Shown: positions 55,191 through 64,000, counted from the stretch's first letter. The stretch: 64,000 nucleotides of DNA from Bacteroidales bacterium (GCA_017549765.1 JAFYNM010000004.1:1161-65160), one strand, 5' to 3'. Numbers and translations are program-made. Notes: generated by a model from the letters alone, not told the origin.

Positions 55191-58100
55191 ATGGATATGA
55201 AAAAGGTAATTACCCTATTGTTGCTTCTGATGTCAGGAGGCCTTGGTTTGTGGGCCCAGAACATTGGGGATTCAGCCCATGCAAGGACGGCAGGTGTTTC
55301 AGGTAGCCGTTACTGCGCTCCAGTCACCAACCTGAAGTTAGTCTCTCTGGGTACTGATCATGCCTCTATTATGTGGTCCTGTGCGGAGAACATGTCCTCT
55401 TGGGAAATAGTGTTGGCCACCACTTCGACGGCCCCCAATCTCAACACAACCCCTGACTTTATAACGACGGATACCTTTTATACATTTCAAGGATTAACCC
55501 CCAACACTCAGTATTATGTATGGGTCCGGACTAATTGTGGGGTGGAAGTGAGCAATTGGACAAACGCATTATCTTTCCGCACGCAGTGTCTGCCTACCAG
55601 TAATATTCCTTATACAGAGAATTTTGATAATGCCGGAGGTGGCATTGGCACCAGCGTAATTCCTGAATGTTGGAGTCGAGGCTTGTGCGGAACCTACTCT
55701 TATTTTCCGAGTGTGAATACCCAATACCATCATTCAGGAAGTGCTTCACTACGTTTTATTTCTTCTACCACCAACACCACTTTAGCCACTTCACAGCCCC
55801 TTGACTTGACTTCCAATTCAGAATCGTTGCAACTGAGGTTTTTCTTGTTGAGTACGTCCAGTTATGATGGTAGAATGGATGTTGGATATATGACGGACCC
55901 AGCGGATTTTAACACTTTTGTTGTTATAAAACATTTGTATCCATCGGATTTTCCAGGGAATTCTCAGTGGTATGAAATTTCGGCTATGTTGCCCGAGTCC
56001 GCCAACGGTCAGATTGTTTATCTGGCATTCTATTGTCCTAAAACAATAGGTGGCACTTCCAATGATTTGTATATAGATGATGTGACCGTTGACTATCACC
56101 AGTTCTGCCATGAGATGGCAAACCTTCAGGTGTCTGACATCCAAAGTTCTTCCGCTATGCTGACGTGGAGTGGAGACCCCAATGAGCAGGTGGATTATGT
56201 TCTTGAGTATGGAATGGCTGGAGGACAGATGACGTCATTGTCCGTTACCGGCACCAGTTTTATGTTGTCTGGACTTGCCGAAGCCACTACCTATGATGTC
56301 ATGCTTTATGCTAATTGTCAGACTTTTTATTCAGACACCCTTTCACTGACATTTTCCACGCCATGTGCGGCAGGCGGGTATTATTATGTGGGAAACGGCT
56401 CCAGTCTCTCTAGTGTCATACCAGTGAATACAAACTACAGTCATTCGTATGTCCAAGAACTCTTCTTGGCTAACGAGATCAACAACTCTGGCACGATTAG
56501 AAGTATTGGATTTCAGTATGTTAATAGTACTCCTTACGATTGTGAAATGACCATCTTCTTAGGAGAGACAAGCGGGAGTACGCTTACCGAATATCTTCCT
56601 GTCGCCAACATGCAGCAAGTCTTCTCGGGCCCCATTACCTTTACCGATGCCGGCACAGACAATTGGGTGGAGATTTATCTGGATACCAACTATTTTTATG
56701 GTGGGGTGCATAATTTGGTGGTGGGGATCGTTAGTAGTGCATCCAGTTCGTTGATGGGTTTGTCCAATACCTTTCAAGTGCATGCCGCCTCAGGCAAAAC
56801 CATTCATTATTATGCGAGTGGAAATATCCCGATTTCTCCATCAGATTATCTTGTGGGAATGGTGGAAAATAACCGGAACAATGTCATGTTCGGTATGGAT
56901 TGCGATCAATCGGTGGTATGCATCCCGCCTAACATGTATGTAGAGTCCTTCGGCATGGATACTATGTGGTTGGCTTGGGCACCTGGTGGTTCAGAGACGT
57001 TGTGGGAGCTGGAATACCGGGAGTCGGGGGATACGGCATGGTCTTCTCTCGGGACGGTGTCCTCTAATCCTTACCCTGTCGCTAATCTAACCCATGGGGC
57101 CATGTATGAGTTCAGACTGCGTTCCATCTGTGGTGGCGATTTTTCCGACTGGGATGTGCTGTCTGTGACGGTGCCCTGTTATATCACGACGCTTCCATAC
57201 GTGGACGGGTTTGAGAATGTCATCGGGACAGGTACCGATGCTTTTATTACCTGTTGGACCCGCGGCAGCAATAATTATTCAGGACCGATCTATCCGTATG
57301 CCAGCAACGCTTATTATCATACAGGCAATTATTCGTTGTATTATACGGGAAGCACGAGTGTCTATTCCTATGCGGCCATATCGCGCTTGGCTGACGACAT
57401 AGATATGACCAACCTCTCTGTCCAGTTCAGTATGTATGGTACGAGTGCCAACGACGGTATCGAGGTTGGAGTCATGACAAACCCATACGACATCTATACT
57501 TTTGAACCACTGGCCACAGTATTCCAAGGAGTGGCAAACCAGTGGGTTGAAAAAGAAGTGTTTACAAATTCTTATGTGGGCAATGGGCGTTATTTGGCCT
57601 TCCGCATCCCGCAAGGTTCCTACAGCCAGGTTTATGTGGATGATCTCCGGGTGGATGATGCTTCTGCATGTCATGTGGTTGGCGATTTGATCACGCTGGA
57701 TGTTACGACCACCACCGCGACCATATCCTGGACTCCCAATGGAAATGAGGAGTCCTGGGAGTATGTGTATGGCTTGTCCGGCACCGTGGATCCAAACAAT
57801 GCTACGCCAGGGCAGACTTTGGCCATCCCCTTGACGTTGACAGGTCTGGATCCAGAGACGGAATACGAAATATATGTGCGTTCTATCTGCCCCGAAGGCT
57901 TCTCCAGCAATTGGGTCTCCCTGTCTTTCATGACCGCTTGTCTGCCTATCTCCACCATACCGGTCACTTGGGATTTTGAAGAATATACCACGGGCAACAT
58001 CATCAACGGCGCCAACAACGTGCCCCTATGTTGGGATGTCTATAACCCGGGAACTATCTATACGGCATATCCTTATGTGTATTCCAACGGCTCAGCCCAA

Positions 58101-61100
58101 TCCAACATTCACGCAGGATCCCATTCTTTGGGTTTTTACATTGGTCCTTCCTCCAGCTTTGGAGAGCAGGTTGCATTTTTACCTGAAATTGATACCAGCA
58201 TACTGAATATCAATAATTTGGCATTAGAGTTTTGGTATAGGGCATATTCGACAAACACTTCCTTTATGTTTATGGTTGGTGTTACGGAGGGCACGGATCT
58301 CAGCACTTTTGTTCCCATTGACACCATTACCGCCACCTCCACCACCTATAACCTATTCGTCGTTTCGCTGAATGGATATCAGGGAGTGGGCAACCGGATT
58401 GTGATAAGATGTCCCAAGAAGTCCTCAGGCTATAACTATGGGTATCTGGATGAAATATCCATAGTGTCAGGAACCTGCCTGCGCCCGAACAACTTTCAGA
58501 TGGTTGATAGCGACACCAGCTCCGTAACCCTGGAATGGACTGAATACGGAAATGCCGTCAACTGGATTATCGAATATGGACCCATGGGCTTCGAACACGG
58601 CCAGGGCACGGTGGTGAATGCCGCCACTGTCCCGTTTACCGTGACCGGACTGGCTCCCGGAACCGTCTATGAGTTTTATGTGTGCTCCGATTGTGGGAGT
58701 GGCAATGTCAGCAACTGGTGTCCAAACAGTGTCATCACCTACACAGACGCCCTACCTGTGAGTTTGCCCTATCAGACCGACTTTGAGAGTGGTTCCGATG
58801 TGGCGTGGATGCTGGTGGACAATGGGGCCTTGAACAAATGGCATATCGGTCCCGTGACGGGTGCCGGTAACCAGTTGTTTCTTTCCCAAAATGCTGAGAC
58901 AGTGTCCTATAGTAATAACCAGAATGCCACCTCCTATGCTTATAAACTATTCGATCTTGGCATCGAGGATTCTGTTTGCATCAGCTTCGATGTGACTAGT
59001 GGGGGACACCCTGAGATGGATTACCTCAAGGTGATGTTGGTTCCGGAGAATGTCATGCTCTCTGCAGGTTCTTTTAACGACTATGCCAATAGTTCAAGTT
59101 TGGGCAGCCGCCAGTCTTCTCAATACGCATTGAATTTCGCTCCATACGCATCTCAGTCAACCGGGAATATCCAACAGTATCCCTATATATACAACTTGAC
59201 CAACGGGTCGGTGCATGTGACTGGCAAACTGCCCAACCCTTCCCCCTACCACCATGGTCGGCTCGTGTTTTACTGGACTAACAGCTTTTTTGGCAATGGT
59301 GTAGGGGCGACCATCGACAATGTGTCGCTATGGGTTGATTCCGCCGACGTGCACGCCTGCAGTCGTCCCAACATGCTGAGTGGCACGGCCGTGTCTTCCA
59401 CTTCCGTCACCTTGTCCTGGGTTTCCACAGGGGATTATTTCAACGTGTATTACAGACCTGAAGGTGACAGCATATACGCTTCCCTTACCCATGTCAATTT
59501 GCTGGCTGACGGCACTTTTCCGCTCTCCGGACTGATTCCCGGCACGCAATATGAATGGTATGTCGTGGGTTATTGCGAGGATGGCGACTCTTTGGTCAGC
59601 GATCCCTCGTTCTTTGTAACGGACTGTGGCAACCTGCAGTTGCCTTACCATGCAAATTTTGATAATATGGGTGCCAATCAGTCAGTATTCCCTTTATGCT
59701 GGATGCGTCCTAACCCCTATGCTTACTCCCAGCCATCTCCCTATGTTACGTCTCAATTCCATCATAGCGGAAATGCCTCTCTCTATTTTTACACCCACCC
59801 CAGTCAGATGCCGTCCTGCATAGCTGTCCTCCCACCGGTGGATGGTCAGGTAAATCCTGTCAACACGTTGATGTTATCGTTCTACATGTTGACCAATAAT
59901 AATTTGAATACCGTTCTTGAAGTGGGTGTGATGAGCGATCCGAATGATACCAGCACCTTTGTGATGGTGGACACGGTGCGCAATACGGCAATGAGCACTT
60001 ATGAGCCAAGGGAGGTGTATCTGAATAATTATCAAGGAAACGGCACCTATGTAGCGATGAGGTTTGCTCCCATGGGAAATCCCATGAGCTTTGTGTATGT
60101 GGATGATTTGACTCTGTCGGTGATCCCCTCCTGCACGAGACCCCATAATGTGAACATTACAACAATTGCAGAGGATAGTATGGTGGTGGACTGGACCGAT
60201 ATGACGGTGCCTGTTGGCTGGGTTCTGGAGTATGGTCCGTCTGGATTTGCCCACGGGACAGGGAATACAATGGCGGTTCAAAGTCATCCGGTTGTCATCA
60301 CAGGACTGTCACCCGGCAACGACTATGATGTGTATGTGAAGACCAACTGTGGTTCTGAAAGCAGCGAATGGAGCCTCTTGACGGTCGCATCCACACCGTG
60401 CAATGCACCCACTGCCTTGATGGCCTCGAATGTCACTACATCATCTGCCACGATCAGTTGGACAGCGGGAGGTGTGGAAACGTTATGGGAGTTTCAATAC
60501 TGGTCTGTCTATACCGGCACATGGCAATCGACGATATTAGACACAACCAGCTACGCTATGACGGGACTTTACTCTAACATGTCTTATCTGATTCGCGTGA
60601 GGAGTATTTGCAATGCTACAGTTAACAGCGAATGGATGGAAGGTCAATTTTTCACATTGGAGGATATTGTGGCAGAATGCCCCGCCCCGACCAATCTGAC
60701 TGCCAGTGTAAATTACACTTCGGTGACTTTGACTTGGGAGCAGGCACCTAACACGGCTGACGAATGGCATGTGAACTATCGTCAGAGCCCGGATGGCGCA
60801 TGGAGTATGGCCGTGACGGATCATATCCCCTATATTTTACATGATTTGTTGCCGGATATTTGGTATGAAATCAATGTGGTGGCTCATTGTGATGACGACA
60901 TTCAAAGTTTTGAATCAAATACGGTCACCATTCAGACCCACGGCACGGGGGTCTGGAATTATCTAGATCAATCGGTGCAACTATATCCCAACCCAGCCAC
61001 GGAACATGTTGACGTGGTGGCGAATGACGCCGGCATTCGGATCACGGGTGTGGAGGTATATAATGTCTATGGTCAGGTCGTAGAGACGTTCCATGGAACG

Positions 61101-61211
61101 TCTCTACAGGATCGTATCACCATCAACGTCAATGGTTTGTCTGGCGGCATGTACTATGTGCGTGTCACGACAGAAGATGGCGTGGTGACGAAGAACTTCG
61201 TGAAGAAATAA
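55191..61211 (+). CDS. giant modular T9SS-secreted surface protein (about nine Cys-bracketed FN3-like modules alternating with choice-of-anchor-J-like domains, plus T9SS CTD)
   Basis: 2006 aa with a signal peptide. Repeated pattern C..P.NL......T..SA.I.W... YE..V...C, alternating with LPY.E.F....P.CW......YVDD. C-terminal VQLYPNPATEHVDV...LSGGMYYVRVTTEDGVVTKNFVKK. Confidence 0.9.
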   Translation: MDMKKVITLLLLLMSGGLGLWAQNIGDSAHARTAGVSGSRYCAPVTNLKLVSLGTDHASIMWSCAENMSSWEIVLATTSTAPNLNTTPDFITTDTFYTFQGLTPNTQYYVWVRTNCGVEVSNWTNALSFRTQCLPTSNIPYTENFDNAGGGIGTSVIPECWSRGLCGTYSYFPSVNTQYHHSGSASLRFISSTTNTTLATSQPLDLTSNSESLQLRFFLLSTSSYDGRMDVGYMTDPADFNTFVVIKHLYPSDFPGNSQWYEISAMLPESANGQIVYLAFYCPKTIGGTSNDLYIDDVTVDYHQFCHEMANLQVSDIQSSSAMLTWSGDPNEQVDYVLEYGMAGGQMTSLSVTGTSFMLSGLAEATTYDVMLYANCQTFYSDTLSLTFSTPCAAGGYYYVGNGSSLSSVIPVNTNYSHSYVQELFLANEINNSGTIRSIGFQYVNSTPYDCEMTIFLGETSGSTLTEYLPVANMQQVFSGPITFTDAGTDNWVEIYLDTNYFYGGVHNLVVGIVSSASSSLMGLSNTFQVHAASGKTIHYYASGNIPISPSDYLVGMVENNRNNVMFGMDCDQSVVCIPPNMYVESFGMDTMWLAWAPGGSETLWELEYRESGDTAWSSLGTVSSNPYPVANLTHGAMYEFRLRSICGGDFSDWDVLSVTVPCYITTLPYVDGFENVIGTGTDAFITCWTRGSNNYSGPIYPYASNAYYHTGNYSLYYTGSTSVYSYAAISRLADDIDMTNLSVQFSMYGTSANDGIEVGVMTNPYDIYTFEPLATVFQGVANQWVEKEVFTNSYVGNGRYLAFRIPQGSYSQVYVDDLRVDDASACHVVGDLITLDVTTTTATISWTPNGNEESWEYVYGLSGTVDPNNATPGQTLAIPLTLTGLDPETEYEIYVRSICPEGFSSNWVSLSFMTACLPISTIPVTWDFEEYTTGNIINGANNVPLCWDVYNPGTIYTAYPYVYSNGSAQSNIHAGSHSLGFYIGPSSSFGEQVAFLPEIDTSILNINNLALEFWYRAYSTNTSFMFMVGVTEGTDLSTFVPIDTITATSTTYNLFVVSLNGYQGVGNRIVIRCPKKSSGYNYGYLDEISIVSGTCLRPNNFQMVDSDTSSVTLEWTEYGNAVNWIIEYGPMGFEHGQGTVVNAATVPFTVTGLAPGTVYEFYVCSDCGSGNVSNWCPNSVITYTDALPVSLPYQTDFESGSDVAWMLVDNGALNKWHIGPVTGAGNQLFLSQNAETVSYSNNQNATSYAYKLFDLGIEDSVCISFDVTSGGHPEMDYLKVMLVPENVMLSAGSFNDYANSSSLGSRQSSQYALNFAPYASQSTGNIQQYPYIYNLTNGSVHVTGKLPNPSPYHHGRLVFYWTNSFFGNGVGATIDNVSLWVDSADVHACSRPNMLSGTAVSSTSVTLSWVSTGDYFNVYYRPEGDSIYASLTHVNLLADGTFPLSGLIPGTQYEWYVVGYCEDGDSLVSDPSFFVTDCGNLQLPYHANFDNMGANQSVFPLCWMRPNPYAYSQPSPYVTSQFHHSGNASLYFYTHPSQMPSCIAVLPPVDGQVNPVNTLMLSFYMLTNNNLNTVLEVGVMSDPNDTSTFVMVDTVRNTAMSTYEPREVYLNNYQGNGTYVAMRFAPMGNPMSFVYVDDLTLSVIPSCTRPHNVNITTIAEDSMVVDWTDMTVPVGWVLEYGPSGFAHGTGNTMAVQSHPVVITGLSPGNDYDVYVKTNCGSESSEWSLLTVASTPCNAPTALMASNVTTSSATISWTAGGVETLWEFQYWSVYTGTWQSTILDTTSYAMTGLYSNMSYLIRVRSICNATVNSEWMEGQFFTLEDIVAECPAPTNLTASVNYTSVTLTWEQAPNTADEWHVNYRQSPDGAWSMAVTDHIPYILHDLLPDIWYEINVVAHCDDDIQSFESNTVTIQTHGTGVWNYLDQSVQLYPNPATEHVDVVANDAGIRITGVEVYNVYGQVVETFHGTSLQDRITINVNGLSGGMYYVRVTTEDGVVTKNFVKK

Positions 61212-61226
61212 GAGAGTTGCTTCAAG

Positions 61227-61261
61227 CAGCTAACAGCTAATAGCTAACAACCAAATCACTG
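61227..61261. repeat. period-7 array (YAGCTAA type, 5 units) in a convergent gap
   Basis: cagctaa cagctaa tagctaa caaccaa atcactg. Overlaps the stop of the minus-strand S8 gene. Confidence 0.88.
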
Positions 61262-62932
61262 CTTCACCACTTTGAAATATTGGGTCTCTCCGTTCAGGAG
61301 TCGGACCTGGCCGAGGTATAGTCCTGCGGGGAGGTCGTTCATAGGGATGGAGACCTGCCAAGAGTTGGTCTTTGACAGTTGTTTCACGATATTTCCGTTG
61401 GTGGCATAAAGCTGTACTGACACGATGTCTTGTTTGCTGTTGTTGATGAAGAGCTGGTTGGTGCAGGGGTTGGGCCAGACCTCCATGGCAAGGGGTTGGT
61501 GGTTAGGCACTGCTGTGTGCTGGGTATAGGCTGCATAGAAGTCGGGGATGCCGTAGCCTGTCTCGTTGTTGGGGTTGTTGGCACAGGAGCCGTTTTCCCG
61601 CACAATCTGCATGATCTGTTGTGAAGAGGCGGCGGGCAGTGCTTGCCATAGACAGGCGCACAGGCCGGCGGCCACGGGCCCTGCCAAACTGGTGCCGCTG
61701 GCCACATCAAAGTAGTAAGAGTAACCAGTAGCATCCCATGAGGGATAGACACAGAGGGTGTTGACACCTACAGAGGCGATGTCGGGTTTGATACGGCCGT
61801 CATAGGAAGGCCCTCGGGAGGAGAAGCCGGCGACATTGCTGTCAATGCTTACCGCAGCCACTGCCAAGATGTCGAAAGCGTCGGCGGGATGGCCGATATG
61901 ATACCATTCGTTATTGCCTTCGTTGCCGGCGCTGACACAGACCACCACGCCCTTCTGTCCCAAGATGGTGGCAGCCCGTGAGGCGATACTCCATACGCCG
62001 TCCACCTGCTCGTAGGTCATTTCTGCTTGAGGGAAATCAGGGAAACCGCAATAGCCCAAGGAAGAGTTGATGACATCGGCGCCGATGCTGTCGGCGATCT
62101 CGGCGGCGTAAGCCCAGAAGTCCTCTTCGATGAGTTGCTCACTGGCGGGTTCTTCAGAGCGGATGAAGAAGTAGGAGGCTTCGGGCGCGGTGCCCACTAA
62201 TGTACCTTCTTGCAACATGCTCATGGTGGAGGTGACCAGCGTGCCGTGACTGTGTCCCACAAAGACATTGTTGCGGAACGGGATCAGGTCGCGGGTGCCC
62301 AACACCTGACCATTGGTGAAGAGTGGACTGAAAACGGAGATCTCATCCAGCCCATTCCAGCCAGCATCGAAGACGGCGATGAGCATGCCCTCGCCGCGGA
62401 AACCTTCGTTGTGCAAGAGGTGGCCGTTGTGAATGGCTATCTGATAATACCCGTAGTTGCCGTAGTCGTATGGTATGATGGTGTCGTGATTGCTCACGAT
62501 GGGCTCTTGGTAGGGAATCTCTGCCTCAGGGGCCAGCTGTGCAGTCATCAACGTCTCATCGTAGGAGGCGACGGGTAGGATGCTGTCCACAAACGACAAG
62601 GCGAGGATCTGCGGAAGCCGGGTGCTGTCCGGACAGTAGATGGTCACCGTGTTCATCCATTTCGACTCTGCCAGCAGTCGGATGTTGGTATCCACACTCC
62701 GAATCTGCTGCTTGTATTGTGGCGTGATCGGCAGGTCCTGCTCCGTGATGGCGATGTTGAAGCGGGCCCGTTTGGCCAATGCGCGCTCCGACAGGAAGGC
62801 GGAAGGATTGTCAATGGAGTAGGTGTTGTTGTTCTTGTCAGCCAGATAGAGGCGGTAGCAGTTGGGAGACGGTTGGGCCGCCAGCAGTACGGTGAGACTG
62901 ACCAATACCAAAGCGAGGATATGTTTTTTCAT
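61256..62932 (-). CDS. S8 (subtilisin-like) serine peptidase with T9SS C-terminal sorting domain (paralogue of 46291..47967)
   Basis: 558 aa, the same length as its paralogue. AVFDAGW, GHSHGTLVTS, SGTSLAGP. CTD MEVWPNPCTNQLFI...GLYLGQVRLLNGETQYFKVVKQ. Confidence 0.9.
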   Translation of the reverse strand: MKKHILALVLVSLTVLLAAQPSPNCYRLYLADKNNNTYSIDNPSAFLSERALAKRARFNIAITEQDLPITPQYKQQIRSVDTNIRLLAESKWMNTVTIYCPDSTRLPQILALSFVDSILPVASYDETLMTAQLAPEAEIPYQEPIVSNHDTIIPYDYGNYGYYQIAIHNGHLLHNEGFRGEGMLIAVFDAGWNGLDEISVFSPLFTNGQVLGTRDLIPFRNNVFVGHSHGTLVTSTMSMLQEGTLVGTAPEASYFFIRSEEPASEQLIEEDFWAYAAEIADSIGADVINSSLGYCGFPDFPQAEMTYEQVDGVWSIASRAATILGQKGVVVCVSAGNEGNNEWYHIGHPADAFDILAVAAVSIDSNVAGFSSRGPSYDGRIKPDIASVGVNTLCVYPSWDATGYSYYFDVASGTSLAGPVAAGLCACLWQALPAASSQQIMQIVRENGSCANNPNNETGYGIPDFYAAYTQHTAVPNHQPLAMEVWPNPCTNQLFINNSKQDIVSVQLYATNGNIVKQLSKTNSWQVSIPMNDLPAGLYLGQVRLLNGETQYFKVVKQ

Positions 62933-62951
62933 ATCGGTATATTTTGTTTGG

Positions 62952-63025
62952 TGACCCCGGCGGGATTCAAACCCACGACTTTCAGAACCGGAATCTGACG
63001 TTCTATTCAGCTGAACTACGGGGCC
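62952..63025 (-). tRNA. tRNA-Arg (anticodon CCG)
   Basis: Folded by hand into a cloverleaf: acceptor GGCCCCG/CGGGGTC, anticodon stem TCAGA/TCTGA with loop TTCCGGT, T-arm GTGGG TTTGAAT CCCGC. The three nt after the discriminator read CCA (62949-62951). Confidence 0.88.
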
Positions 63026-63038
63026 AAAAATGAGGCTG

Positions 63039-63046
63039 CAAAAATA
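63039..63046 (-). promoter_or_regulatory. -7 box TATTTTTG (tRNA-Arg)
   Basis: Plus strand reads caaaaata. Lies 14 nt upstream of the tRNA 5' end. Confidence 0.5.
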
Positions 63047-63080
63047 TAAAAAAAAAATGACAAGGGAACGATAAAAATAT

Positions 63081-63088
63081 TACTTTTG
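63081..63088 (+). promoter_or_regulatory. -7 box TACTTTTG
   Basis: Lies 37 nt upstream of the ATG at 63125. Confidence 0.45.
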
Positions 63089-63124
63089 CAAGGCACTATA
63101 TGAAATGATTAAAACCTTATTGAT

Positions 63125-64000
63125 ATGAAAAAACTTCTCTTCTTTATTTCTTTGATGACGATGGCAGCTTTTTTCTGCCAGACCTGGGCACAAGCTCCTA
63201 CCAGTTGCAATCCTTCGTTGCCCTATCAATACGACTTTAACAACACTACCCATAATGGCTGTTGGACAGTAGTCGATAACAACAACGACGGGGCCACGTT
63301 CACCATGAGTGCATATAGTAAATATGCCTGTTATCACTACCATAGCACAAACAGCGCTGACGATTGGTTGATTTCCCCCGCATTTCAATTGACGGGAACT
63401 GAGAAGCTCCTTTTTGACTACAGGTGTAATTATAGTAACTATCATGAGCGATTTCAAGTGTTTGCCATTTCGGGTACTGATACTATTCCACTTACCTCGG
63501 TGATAGAGACACAAGGTAATTCCTATCAAACGGTGGTAGTGGATCTTACCACTTTGAACGGACAGTATCAAATTGGTTTTCACTGTATTTCTATCCCTGA
63601 TCAGTATTATTTATATATCACCAACATCAAAATTTTCTCGCCACCATTTATCTCTTTTAACAATAATGATGTAGATTTTGGTTTGTATGATATCGGTGCC
63701 AGCAGTCCGGCGCAACAGATAATCATGAGTTCTTTTGGGTGTAGTTCTCCTATTACTATCACGGCTCCTGCTAATTTCGAGGTGTCTTTGGATACTGTCA
63801 ATTATGGTACTTCTCTTACCTTTCCTGCCAATATTACAGAGATGAGAAAAGATACCTTTTATGTCAGATATGCGCCCACGACAGGCGGACCTAACAATAA
63901 ACAACTTGTGGCTGCCAGTGGTATGTATGAGAACCATATAATGCTGCATGGTCTAACACATGCTTGCAATGCCACCATGTCGCTTCCGTTCAGTGAGAAC
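63125..64000 (+). CDS. secreted adhesin-like protein, N-terminal part (choice-of-anchor-J / cleaved-adhesin-like domain); ORF runs off the right edge
   Basis: Not in the ORF track because it has no stop. I translated 292 codons by hand without meeting a stop. MKKLLFFISLMTMAAFFCQTWAQ signal peptide. LPYQYDFNN...GCWTVVDNNNDG and SADDWLISPAF resemble the domains in the giant protein at 55191. Confidence 0.75.
   Translation, partial: MKKLLFFISLMTMAAFFCQTWAQAPTSCNPSLPYQYDFNNTTHNGCWTVVDNNNDGATFTMSAYSKYACYHYHSTNSADDWLISPAFQLTGTEKLLFDYRCNYSNYHERFQVFAISGTDTIPLTSVIETQGNSYQTVVVDLTTLNGQYQIGFHCISIPDQYYLYITNIKIFSPPFISFNNNDVDFGLYDIGASSPAQQIIMSSFGCSSPITITAPANFEVSLDTVNYGTSLTFPANITEMRKDTFYVRYAPTTGGPNNKQLVAASGMYENHIMLHGLTHACNATMSLPFSEN

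Noticed and set aside
46291-62932. The idea that the two inverted S8 genes form a recently duplicated invertible segment.
   Set aside because: The best-conserved stretch I compared by hand is only roughly four-fifths identical at the nucleotide level. The copies are old paralogues and poor substrates for homologous inversion.
63080-63949. Minus-strand ORFs 63080..63583, 63607..63801 and 63611..63949.
   Set aside because: They are shadows of a plus-strand ORF (63125 to the window end). That ORF has a signal peptide, a promoter box and adhesin-like motifs. It is missing from the track only because it has no stop inside the window.

Overview
This is a 64-kb chromosomal segment from a Bacteroidota genome, probably Bacteroidales. 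Three things support that: the -7 promoter box TAnnTTTG sits 10-50 nt upstream of most start codons, type IX secretion (T9SS) genes are present, and uppS-bamA-skp are in the usual order. I had no search tools, so every product call rests on motifs read by eye.

Housekeeping genes:
- secA and a GT4-like glycosyltransferase
- infC-rpmI-rplT
- uppS, bamA and three tandem skp/ompH genes
- der, gcvH, frr and purD
- ruvA-sprA
- tRNA-Asp(GTC) and tRNA-Arg(CCG)

Accessory content:
- a GH92 mannosidase, an S9 peptidase, a TonB-dependent receptor, a ClC channel, an FKBP isomerase and two FISUMP-type lipoproteins
- T9SS cargo: two diverged S8 peptidases with C-terminal sorting domains, a 2006-aa modular adhesin and a partial adhesin-like gene at the right edge
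- an ECF sigma locus with unusual in-frame gene junctions
- a small integrase-less remnant at tRNA-Asp

Most unusual observations:
1. A dispersed family of period-7 tandem arrays (units such as TAGCTAA, TGGCCAA and YAACTGA) sits exactly at gene 3' ends and transcription-unit borders. Two copies matching at 39 of 40 positions bracket secA-GT4, and an inverted pair brackets the giant adhesin gene.
2. A 670-nt gap with no credible ORF (8400-9066) contains GC-rich hairpins and a 166-bp unit with 30-bp inverted ends. It could be a structured RNA or a MITE.
3. The ECF sigma, a membrane-anchored anti-sigma-like half and an outer-membrane barrel are joined in frame or by ATGA overlap. They share DTxxx[RK] hexad repeats. 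The sigma/anti-sigma junction lies on poly-A runs with a hidden ATGA in the +1 frame.
4. tRNA-Arg is followed after 19 nt by the start codon of an S8 peptidase gene.

No CRISPR array, rRNA, intact transposase or integrase was seen.
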